Positions 1 through 7,401 are shown, numbered from the stretch's first letter. The stretch is 36,040 nucleotides of DNA from an uncultured Thermotogae bacterium (GCA_964501855.1 CAZCTZ010000003.1:1-36040); one strand, 5' to 3'. Program-made: numbers and translations. The notes: generated from the letters alone by a model not told the origin.

Positions 1-1
1 C

Positions 2-85
2 GCCGCCGCTCAGGGGGCCCAGGCCGCCCTGAGCGCCTACCGCTACCTGATCGAGGCGCTAGATAGCGCAGACTCAAAGCGTTAG
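2..85 (+). CDS. 3' end of an unidentified CDS entering from the left edge (...AAAQGAQAALSAYRYLIEALDSADSKR*)
   Basis: This is the only frame open from the window edge, and its codons are GC3-rich (GCC GCC GCT CAG GGG GCC ...). It stops at TAG 83-85, inside the second copy of the TAGATAGCGCAGAC repeat. It is too short to name. Confidence 0.3.
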   Translation, partial: AAAQGAQAALSAYRYLIEALDSADSKR

Positions 86-103
86 ATAGCGCAGACCAAA
101 AGG
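53..103. repeat. Two tandem ~23-nt units carrying TAGATAGCGCAGAC; the core is the inverted repeat GCGCTA-GA-TAGCGC
   Basis: Read directly. 53-77 is identical to 21716-21740. A second copy, GTTAGATAGCGCAGAC, lies at 81-96. More degenerate units continue to about 160. Confidence 0.7.
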
Positions 104-200
104 CTAGAGCCAGATAGCCCCGATCCCGGGGGTTAAATAGCCTGAGGGGACCAAAGGCCAAACTGAGCAAAACCAGGACGAAAAAGAAAAAGGAGGGGGA

Positions 201-344
201 ATGCCGCCGCTGGTCGCGGTCTTCATCGGGGGGATCTTCGCGCTGGTCGGGCTTTTCATGACGAATTTATTCTACCGGCGGGTGCCATTTTGGCTCCCGG
301 TGGTGGTGGCCATCTCGCTAGGGCTGCTCGTGGGGTGGCCTTGA
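201..344 (+). CDS. Small hydrophobic protein, 47 aa, two predicted TM helices (MPPLVAVFIGGIFALVGLFMTNLFYRRVPFWLPVVVAISLGLLVGWP)
   Basis: It is absent from the ORF track, presumably because it is too short. ATG 201 follows the SD AAAGGAGGGGGA at 189-200. Codons are mostly GC3. Two hydrophobic stretches are split by YRR. The stop is TGA 342-344. Confidence 0.55.
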   Translation: MPPLVAVFIGGIFALVGLFMTNLFYRRVPFWLPVVVAISLGLLVGWP

Positions 345-372
345 TCTTCTGGTGGGATTAGCTCCTGGGAAA

Positions 373-888
373 CTATTCCTCGGCTTTAAAGCCGATCTCC
401 TCGCCTCTCTCTTCCCTCAGCCCAGGTCCGGGGAAGCCCAGCCCCAGCCGCCGCTGGAGGAGCCACTGCCCCTGGAGCAGCGACTTGTAGACCTCCCTCA
501 TCCCCCGGAAGAGCTCATGCTTGTTCAGCCCATCCTCGAAGATCTCATACGAGAAGGTGATCTGCTGCAAGACCCCGTCGGGGTGGATCATCCCGTATTC
601 CGTCGGGCGGCGGTTCAGCTCCATCCGCAGCTCGAGTAGGAGCGCCTCCCGGGCCTTCCTGTCCATCTTCTTGAAGAGATTCCGCACGTCCTCGGCGAGG
701 TTCAGCACCATCTGGAGGACGACCCGTGAGGGGCTGGTGATCGGGTTGAAGATCGTGATCGTCGTCGGCTGGTTCTTCGGGTGGTTCGCCAGGATCACCC
801 AGTTGGCGTTCTCGTCCTTCAGGTATTTGGCGAATTGGCCCTCCTCCCGCAGCCAGCCCTCGATCCGCCGGCGCATCCGCTCGCTCAT
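373..888 (-). CDS. Hypothetical cytosolic protein, YbjN/DUF2299-like by recollection
   Basis: The ORF is 373-948. The N-terminus MSERMRRRIEGWLREEGQF... from ATG 888 resembles family starts, but the upstream ATG at 948 is also possible. Neither start has a clear SD. No catalytic motif was recognised. Confidence 0.55.
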   Translation of the reverse strand: MSERMRRRIEGWLREEGQFAKYLKDENANWVILANHPKNQPTTITIFNPITSPSRVVLQMVLNLAEDVRNLFKKMDRKAREALLLELRMELNRRPTEYGMIHPDGVLQQITFSYEIFEDGLNKHELFRGMREVYKSLLQGQWLLQRRLGLGFPGPGLREERGEEIGFKAEE

Positions 889-975
889 CTGGCTATCACG
901 GTCGAGAGTATAGCGGGGCCTAGGGCAGGGAGCAACCGCTGAAACCATCGACTGAACTGAGAAAAGCTGGTGGGC

Positions 976-1455
976 TCAGCACCTCCAGAAGGCGACCAGC
1001 TCGCGGCGGTAGCCGAGCAGCTCGCTGAGCCGCTGTGAGTTAGGGCTATCTAGCCCCCCGAGCTGGAGCAGGCGGCGGAGCAGCCAAGGGAGGTGCCACT
1101 TGTCGATCAGATAGAGGCTCGTCTCGGTGAGCGCCTCGGCGATGAACTCCCGTGGGCGGGCGCCGTCGAGGACCAGCTCGCCGAAGAGCTCCCCCTCACC
1201 GAGGAGGGCCACCGTCTGGCGCTCCCCCTCCTCATCGAGGAAGGAGAGCCGCACCTTGCCCTTGCAGATCAGGTAGATGGCATCGCAGGGGTCGCCGGGC
1301 AGGTAGATATACTCCCCGGGGCGGTAGTGGACCAGCTCGCATCGGGAATCGAGCTCCTCGATGATAGCTCCCATTCCCGTCCCCGTCCCCTGCTCCTGCT
1401 CTTGCTCCTGCTCCCGCTCCTGGTTCTGGTTTTGGTTCTGGGGTCCCGATCGCAT
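976..1455 (-). CDS. Cyclic-nucleotide-binding (Crp/Fnr-type effector) domain protein without a complete HTH
   Basis: It has the cNMP beta-barrel pattern YRPGEYIYLPGDPCDAIYLICKGKVRLSF...GEGELFGEL. The C-terminal tail is too short for a full wHTH. An alternative start at ATG 1374 (MGAIIEEL) would turn the QNQNQN/EQEQEQ/GTGTG repeat into a purine-rich 5' leader. Confidence 0.75.
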   Translation of the reverse strand: MRSGPQNQNQNQEREQEQEQEQGTGTGMGAIIEELDSRCELVHYRPGEYIYLPGDPCDAIYLICKGKVRLSFLDEEGERQTVALLGEGELFGELVLDGARPREFIAEALTETSLYLIDKWHLPWLLRRLLQLGGLDSPNSQRLSELLGYRRELVAFWRC

Positions 1456-1559
1456 GGCCTAACCAAGCTAAGCTCGGGGGGATGGCCGGGGAAGGAAGCC
1501 CGCCCGCACCGGAGGGGACATTTGCCCCGCCGCTATCGGGAGCTTGGGGCCAATTCGGT

Positions 1560-1588
1560 TTGCGAACGAGCTGGCCAGCTCATATAAT
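1560..1588 (+). promoter_or_regulatory. Sigma70-like promoter for mtaD: TTGCGA-17 nt-TATAAT
   Basis: -35 is at 1560-1565 and -10 at 1583-1588. The spacer is exactly 17 nt and contains the perfect 12-nt palindrome AGCTGGCCAGCT. The promoter lies about 100 nt upstream of the mtaD ATG. Confidence 0.55.
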
Positions 1589-1692
1589 GGACTAACGAAA
1601 GGGGCTAGCCAGCCCGAACTCGCTCCAGATCCTAGTTAGTTTGGGTTAGATAGCGAATTCCTGAAGCGGAGAGGGAACGAAGCGAGAGGCGG

Positions 1693-3033
1693 ATGCGGAT
1701 ACTTCTGCGGGACTTTGTCCTCCTCACCCCTGCTGAAGAGAGGGGGGCCTTCCAGCTTGTGAGGGGCTGCTCGCTCGCGCTCGCTGAGGGGCGGATCGAG
1801 CGGATAACTCAAGACCCTAAGGAGCTTGAGCCGGCCCAGGCCCGGTTCGATTTCGATAAGGTCATCGATGGCGGCGGGAGGAAGCTCCTCATGCCCGGGT
1901 TGGTCAACGCCCACACCCACCTGGCGATGGTCCTCTTCCGGGGCTATGCCGATGACCTCCCGCTGGACCGCTGGCTGGAGGAGGCGATCTGGCCGGCGGA
2001 GAGAGAGCTGACCGCTGAGGAGGTCTACTGGGGCTCGCTCCTCGGCCTGGCGGAGCTGATCCGCTCGGGGACGACCGCGATCGCTGACATGTATTTCTTC
2101 ATGGACGAGGTCGCCCGGGCGGTCGAGCAGAGCGGCCTGCGGGCGCTCCTAGCCTACGGGATGATCGCCCCGGACCCCGATCCGAGGGAGCGGCTCGAGC
2201 GGGAGCTCGAGCGAGGGCTCGAGCTGGCCGAGCGCTGGCACGGCAAGGCAGATGGCCGCATCCGGGTCGCACTCGGGCCCCATGCGCCCTACACCTGCAC
2301 TGATGAACTCTGGCAGCGGGCGGTCGAGCTGGCCAGGGAAAGGGAGCTGATGATCCACACCCACCTGGCGGAGACCGCCCGGGAGGTCGAGGACTTCCGG
2401 GCGAGGCGGGGGCTCACCCCGGTGGAGCACCTCGAGCGGCTAGGGGTCTTCGAGGCCGGGGTCGGGGTCCTCGCGGCCCATGGCGTCCACCTGAGCGAGA
2501 GCGATATCTGCATCTTGGCGAAATATAACAACGTGGCCATCGTCCACAACCCGACGAGCAACATGAAGCTCGGCTCGGGGATCGCTCCCGTGAAGGAGCT
2601 CCTCGAGGCCGGGGTCGAGCTCGCCCTGGGGACCGACGGGGCCGCCTCGAACAACAACCTGGACCTTCTGGAGGAGGTGCGGCTGGCCGCGCTCCTTCAG
2701 AAGGTGAGGGGCGACCCGACGGCGCTCCCCGCAGCGGAGGCCCTCTGGCTGGGCACCCTCGGCGGGGCGCGGGCGCTCGGCCTGGAGGAAGTCGGTATAA
2801 TCAGGGAAGGGATGAAGGCTGACCTGATCGTCCTCGATCTGGACCAGCCCCACCTCATCCCGGAGTATGACCTCGTCTCCAACCTGGTCTACGCTGCCAG
2901 CTCCCGAGACGTGGAGACGGTGATCGTCGACGGCCAGGTGGTGATGGAGGACCGGAAGATCCTGAGCTTCGACGAGGCGGAGGCCAAAGACCAGGTCCGC
3001 CGCCTGAGCGAGAAATACAGGAAGATGAGATAA
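1693..3033 (+). CDS. mtaD: 5-methylthioadenosine/S-adenosylhomocysteine deaminase (amidohydrolase superfamily)
   Basis: It has the metal-binding motif [13 protein letters not shown] (HxH). It also has the family signatures [14 protein letters not shown] and HLAET...HGVHL...GTDGAASNN. The length of 446 aa is typical. Confidence 0.85.
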   Translation: MRILLRDFVLLTPAEERGAFQLVRGCSLALAEGRIERITQDPKELEPAQARFDFDKVIDGGGRKLLMPGLVNAHTHLAMVLFRGYADDLPLDRWLEEAIWPAERELTAEEVYWGSLLGLAELIRSGTTAIADMYFFMDEVARAVEQSGLRALLAYGMIAPDPDPRERLERELERGLELAERWHGKADGRIRVALGPHAPYTCTDELWQRAVELARERELMIHTHLAETAREVEDFRARRGLTPVEHLERLGVFEAGVGVLAAHGVHLSESDICILAKYNNVAIVHNPTSNMKLGSGIAPVKELLEAGVELALGTDGAASNNNLDLLEEVRLAALLQKVRGDPTALPAAEALWLGTLGGARALGLEEVGIIREGMKADLIVLDLDQPHLIPEYDLVSNLVYAASSRDVETVIVDGQVVMEDRKILSFDEAEAKDQVRRLSEKYRKMR

Positions 3034-3054
3034 ATTGTGCCGTCCGCTAGGACT

Positions 3055-3133
3055 CCGTCCAAGAGGGCGAGCTGGCCCTCCCCTCCTGGACGGAGGGCTA
3101 AGCAAGGAGGAGGGCAAGGAGGAGGGAGTCACC
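3055..3133 (+). promoter_or_regulatory. Structured rpsO leader: nested hairpin plus tandem SD-like 12-mers
   Basis: CCGTCCA (3055-3061) pairs with TGGACGG (3087-3093). This stem encloses GAGGGC-gagctg-GCCCTC. GCAAGGAGGAGG occurs twice in tandem (3102-3113 and 3114-3125), immediately before ATG 3134. Confidence 0.35.
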
Positions 3134-3403
3134 ATGGCTTTATCTAAGGAAGAGAAGGCCAAGATCATCGCCGAGTTCGGCCGCGGGCCGGGGGATACTG
3201 GCTCGCCGGAGGTGCAGATCGCCATCCTCACGGCGGAGATCCAGCAGCTCACCGAGCACCTGAAGGTCCACAAACATGACTTCCACTCCGAGCGGGGCCT
3301 GATGAAGAAGGTCGGCCAGCGCCGGCGGCTGATGCGCTATCTGGCGCGGGAGGACCCCGAGAAGTATCGCGAGCTGATCAAGCGGCTGGGGATCAGAGGA
3401 TAA
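3134..3403 (+). CDS. rpsO: 30S ribosomal protein S15
   Basis: [56 protein letters not shown]... is canonical S15. An SD precedes the start, and pnp follows directly. Confidence 0.95.
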   Translation: MALSKEEKAKIIAEFGRGPGDTGSPEVQIAILTAEIQQLTEHLKVHKHDFHSERGLMKKVGQRRRLMRYLAREDPEKYRELIKRLGIRG

Positions 3404-3480
3404 GGAGGATAAGGGAGCGGGAGGGCGAGGGAAGGGACAGAAAAAAACGGAGAGAAGAAGGGAAAGAGGGAGAAGATAGC
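3404..3480 (+). promoter_or_regulatory. Polypurine pnp leader with a G-quadruplex-type motif
   Basis: This 77-nt intergenic tract is almost entirely A/G. At 3413-3436, GGGAGCGGGAGGGCGAGGGAAGGG has five G3 runs with loops of 1-3 nt. Confidence 0.4.
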
Positions 3481-6096
3481 ATGAGCAACGGAGAAGTGAA
3501 GACGGAAGCAAGGGTAGAAGCGGTAGAGCTGAGCCAGGGCGACTTCACCCTGGAGACGGGCAAGGTCGCCCGCCAGGCTGACGGCGCTGTCGTGGTGACC
3601 TTCGGCCGGACGAAGGTCCTGGCGACGGTGACCCGCAGCGAGGCCCGGGAGGATATCGACTACTTCCCGCTGACCGTCGACTACGAGGAGAAGTTCTACG
3701 CGGGGGGGAAGATCCCCGGGGGCTTCTTCAAGCGCGAGGGGAAGCCCTCCGACGAGGCCATCCTCAATGCGCGGATGATCGACCGGCCGATCCGGCCGCT
3801 CTTCCCCAAGGGGTATCGCGAGACGGTCCATATCGTGGTGACCGTCCTCTCCGCGGACAAGGACTACCCCCCGGAGGTCGCCGGGATGCTGGGGGCCTCC
3901 GCGGCCCTGATGATCTCGTCGATCCCCTTCCAGGGGCCGGTCGCGGGGGTGAGGGTCGGTCGAGCGGGCGGCAAGTTCATCGCCAACCCGACGGCGGCCG
4001 AGCGCGAGGAGAGCGACCTCGACGTGATGATCGCCGGGACGAAGGAAGCGGTGACCATGGTCGAGGGCTCGATGAAGGAGCTCCCCGAGGAGGAGGTCCT
4101 CGAGGCGATCGAGTTCGCCCACGAGCACATCAAGCAGCTCTGTGAGCTGCAGGAGCGGTTCGCCGCCCAGGTCGAGGTGGAGAAGATCGAGGTCCCCGAG
4201 CTCGACCTGACCGAATACAAAGAGCGGCTGCAGAGGGTCATCGGCGATCGGTTCGAGGAGCTGCGCCGGCTCCAGCGGAAGCAGGAGCGCGAGGAGCTGA
4301 TCGACCAGCTCCGCGAGGAGGCCGTCCAGCAGGTCCTGGCCGAGCTGACAGCAGCGGGTGAGGGTGGGGAGGCACCTGAGCCCGAAGGAGAAGGGGAAAA
4401 AGAGGGAGAGGAGCTCGCAGCCATCGAGAGCCACCTCAACCAGGCGTTCGACGAGCTCCTGAAGGAGTTCATCCGCAGGACGACCCTCGAGCGGCGGGTG
4501 CGGATCGACGGCCGCTCCCCGGAGGAGATCCGACCGATCAGCATCGAGGTGGGGCTCCTCCCGCGGGTCCACGGCTCGGCACTCTTCACCCGGGGTGAGA
4601 CCCAGTCCCTGGGGACCTGCACCCTGGGCACCACCCGCCAGGACGAGCAGATCATCGACCTGATGCTCGAGGAGGGCCGGAAGCGGTTCATGCTCCACTA
4701 CAACTTCCCGCCCTACAGCGTCGGCGAGACCGGCCGGCTCGGCCCGCCGAGCCGCCGGGAGATCGGCCACGGCCACCTGGCCGAGCGGGCCCTCCAGGCG
4801 GTCCTCCCCACCGAGGAGGAGTTCCCCTACATCATCCGGGTGGTCTCCGAGATCCTCGAGTCGAATGGCTCCTCATCTATGGCGACGGTCTGCTCCGGCT
4901 CGCTGGCGCTGATGGACGCCGGGGTGCCGATCAAGCGCCCCGTCGCGGGGATCGCCCTGGGGTTGATCCAGGAGGGCGAGGACTACCTCATCCTCACCGA
5001 TATCATCGGGATGGAGGACCGCTACGGCGACATGGACTTCAAGGTCGCCGGCACCCGCCGGGGGATCACCGCCTTCCAGCTCGACGTGAAGACGAGCGGC
5101 CTCTCCAGGAAGATCCTCGAGGAGGCGCTCGCCCGGGCGAAGAAGGCCCGCGAGCAGGTGCTCGACGCGATGGAGGCCGTCCTCCCCGCGCCGCGGCCCC
5201 ACCTGTCGCCCTACGCGCCCGTGCTGGAGCTGATGAAGGTCGATCCGGAGAAGATCGGCCTGATCATCGGCCCCGGTGGGCGGACGATCCGCCGGATCCT
5301 GGAGGAGACCGACACGGAGATCGACATCGAGGACGACGGCACGGTGAAGATCTCCGGGCCGACCCAGGAGGCGGTCAACAAGGCCAAGGCGGCGATCAAC
5401 GAGATCGTCGAGGAGATCGAGGTCGGCAAGCGCTACCGCGCCCGGGTGGTGCGGATCGAGCGCTACGGAGCCTTCGTCGAGCTGAAGGGCGGCGTGCGCG
5501 GCCTGATCCACGTGTCCGACCTGGCCGATCACTTCGTTAAGAACGTCGAGGACGTGGTCAAGCTCGGCGATGAGATCACCGTCGAGGTGATCGGGATCGA
5601 CGAGCTCGGCCGGCCGGACCTCCGGCGCATCCCCGAGCCCGAGGAAGAAGGGGCAACCACGAAGGTCGGGGCCGGGGTTAAAGCCCCTACCAAGGCCAAG
5701 CCCTCTAAGCCGGCTAAGAATAAGAAGGAGAAGGAGGCGCCCAAGCCCAAGCGCGAGCGGGAGCGGGAGAAGGAGCCAGCCCGGGCTCAGGCTCAAGCTC
5801 CAGCGCAGCCTACCGCGGTCAAGGCCAAGGCCCGCCCGGCGGAGGTCAAGGTCGGCGACATCCTCCCCGGCACGGTGAAGAACATCACCGACTTTGGGGC
5901 CTTCGTCGAGCTGGACGACGTCGGCAAGGTGGGCCTGATCCACATCTCTGAGCTCGCCGACGGCTACGTCAAGCGGGTCGAGGACGTGGTGAAGCCGGGC
6001 GATCGGGTGCTCGCCAAGGTCCTGAAGATCGACAAGGAGGGCCGCATCTACCTCAAGCGACTAGTCCGGGACGACATCCACATTAGGCTCAGCTAA
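3481..6096 (+). CDS. pnp: Polyribonucleotide nucleotidyltransferase (PNPase) with an extra C-terminal S1 domain
   Basis: It has two RNase PH cores (FPLTVDYEEKFYAGGKIPGGFFKREG; MLHYNFPPYSVGE...GHGHLAERAL). It has a KH domain (IGLIIGPGGRTIRRI). Two S1 domains follow, separated by a Lys/Pro/Ala-rich linker. The total is 871 aa. Confidence 0.95.
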   Translation: MSNGEVKTEARVEAVELSQGDFTLETGKVARQADGAVVVTFGRTKVLATVTRSEAREDIDYFPLTVDYEEKFYAGGKIPGGFFKREGKPSDEAILNARMIDRPIRPLFPKGYRETVHIVVTVLSADKDYPPEVAGMLGASAALMISSIPFQGPVAGVRVGRAGGKFIANPTAAEREESDLDVMIAGTKEAVTMVEGSMKELPEEEVLEAIEFAHEHIKQLCELQERFAAQVEVEKIEVPELDLTEYKERLQRVIGDRFEELRRLQRKQEREELIDQLREEAVQQVLAELTAAGEGGEAPEPEGEGEKEGEELAAIESHLNQAFDELLKEFIRRTTLERRVRIDGRSPEEIRPISIEVGLLPRVHGSALFTRGETQSLGTCTLGTTRQDEQIIDLMLEEGRKRFMLHYNFPPYSVGETGRLGPPSRREIGHGHLAERALQAVLPTEEEFPYIIRVVSEILESNGSSSMATVCSGSLALMDAGVPIKRPVAGIALGLIQEGEDYLILTDIIGMEDRYGDMDFKVAGTRRGITAFQLDVKTSGLSRKILEEALARAKKAREQVLDAMEAVLPAPRPHLSPYAPVLELMKVDPEKIGLIIGPGGRTIRRILEETDTEIDIEDDGTVKISGPTQEAVNKAKAAINEIVEEIEVGKRYRARVVRIERYGAFVELKGGVRGLIHVSDLADHFVKNVEDVVKLGDEITVEVIGIDELGRPDLRRIPEPEEEGATTKVGAGVKAPTKAKPSKPAKNKKEKEAPKPKREREREKEPARAQAQAPAQPTAVKAKARPAEVKVGDILPGTVKNITDFGAFVELDDVGKVGLIHISELADGYVKRVEDVVKPGDRVLAKVLKIDKEGRIYLKRLVRDDIHIRLS

Positions 6097-6106
6097 TGCG
6101 ATCGCG

Positions 6107-7378
6107 ATGGAGCAGCTCTACCGGGGGTGCTACCGAGAGCGGCTCGATAGCGGCCTGACCGTCCTCGCCGAGGAGCACGACCAGCGGCCGCTCTCCCTGG
6201 GCCTGTGGGTGCGGGTCGGCGGTCGCGACGAGCCCAAGGAGCGGTGTGGCGCCTCCCACTTCCTCGAGCACCTGCTCTTCAAGGGGACAGAGAAGCGGAC
6301 CGCCTTCCAGATCGCCGAGGAGATCGACGCCCTTGGCGGGGCGATCAACGGCGTGACCCACAAGGAATACACGCTCTACTACGTGGACGTCCTCGCCGAG
6401 CACCTCGAGCGGGCGATGGACATCCTCACCGACCTGGTCCAGCATCCGCTCCTCCGCCCCGAGGACATGGAGAGGGAGCGGGGGGTCATCCTGGAGGAGA
6501 TCCGCCTGGTGGAGGACACCCCCCAGGACAAGGTGTTCGACCTGTTCGCGGAGCAGATCTGGCAGGGGGAGCACCCGCTGGCCTGGCCGATCCTCGGCAC
6601 CGAGGAGAGCGTGAGGCGCCTGCGGCGGGAGGACCTCCTCGAGCAGTTCAAGCTCTACGGGCCGGGGAACTTCATCCTCGCCGCCGCGGGCGGGATCAAG
6701 TTCGAGCGCCTCCTGGAGCTGGCCCAGCGGATGCTGGACAGCCCCAGGGGGGCCTCCCACTCCCAGCTCCAGCCGCCGGAGCGGCGCCCGCCGCGGGTGA
6801 GGCGCCACTTCCATATCGAGGACCGTGACTCCCAGCAGGCCCACCTCTGCCTGGGGGTGGAGGCCCTCCCCCGAGGGGATGAGCGCCGCTACGCCCTGGA
6901 GGTCCTGAACGCGATCCTGGGCAGCGGGATGAGTTCCCAGCTCTTCAAGCGGATCCGGGAGGAGCTCGGCCTGGCCTACGCCGTCTTCAGCACGGTCAGC
7001 TACTACGTCGACAGCGGGCTCTTCGTCATCTACATCGGGACCGAGCCGGGGAAGGCCCCTCAGGCGGTCGAGGTGGCCCTGGAGGAGGTCGAGCACCTCA
7101 AGCAGCCGGTCTCAGAGGAGCGGCTCCACCTGGCGAAGGAGAAGCTCAAGGGGAACTTGCTCCTGGGGCTGGAGAGCAGCCACGCGCGGATGGTCCGCCT
7201 CGGGCTGGGGGAGATCTACGGCCAGCACCAGCCGGTGGAGGAGGTCCTGAGGAAGATCGAGGCGGTCACCGTCGAGCAGGTCCAGGAGGTGGCCCAGCTC
7301 CTCTTCTCGAGGGGGCTGAGCCTGACGGCGATCGGCCCGGGGGAGCCCCTCCAGGCGCTCCAGGGGTTCTTCAGCTGA
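6107..7378 (+). CDS. M16 family zinc peptidase (pitrilysin-like)
   Basis: It has the inverted zinc motif HFLEHLLFKGT and the downstream ERGVILEEI Glu. The position directly after pnp is a common arrangement. Confidence 0.85.
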   Translation: MEQLYRGCYRERLDSGLTVLAEEHDQRPLSLGLWVRVGGRDEPKERCGASHFLEHLLFKGTEKRTAFQIAEEIDALGGAINGVTHKEYTLYYVDVLAEHLERAMDILTDLVQHPLLRPEDMERERGVILEEIRLVEDTPQDKVFDLFAEQIWQGEHPLAWPILGTEESVRRLRREDLLEQFKLYGPGNFILAAAGGIKFERLLELAQRMLDSPRGASHSQLQPPERRPPRVRRHFHIEDRDSQQAHLCLGVEALPRGDERRYALEVLNAILGSGMSSQLFKRIREELGLAYAVFSTVSYYVDSGLFVIYIGTEPGKAPQAVEVALEEVEHLKQPVSEERLHLAKEKLKGNLLLGLESSHARMVRLGLGEIYGQHQPVEEVLRKIEAVTVEQVQEVAQLLFSRGLSLTAIGPGEPLQALQGFFS

Positions 7379-7401
7379 CAGGCAAAAAACAAAAAAGGGA
7401 G

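Noticed and set aside
946-978. The cNMP-binding ORF and the downstream DUF2299-like ORF are in the same frame, separated by a single TGA (…AFWRC-TGA-AHQLFSVQSMVS…). This raised the possibility of read-through or selenocysteine.
   Set aside because: I see no SECIS-like hairpin at the right distance after the TGA. The bridging residues do not continue the expected HTH. A shared frame has a one-in-three chance. I treat them as two genes.
1589-1692. A possible SAM/SAH-type riboswitch in the roughly 100-nt mtaD leader. It contains a small GGGCU-AGCC-AGCCC hairpin, and CUCGCU...AGCGAG long-range complementarity.
   Set aside because: I cannot match it to any riboswitch consensus from memory, and the stems are short. 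I record only the promoter and the palindrome. An Infernal scan would settle it.
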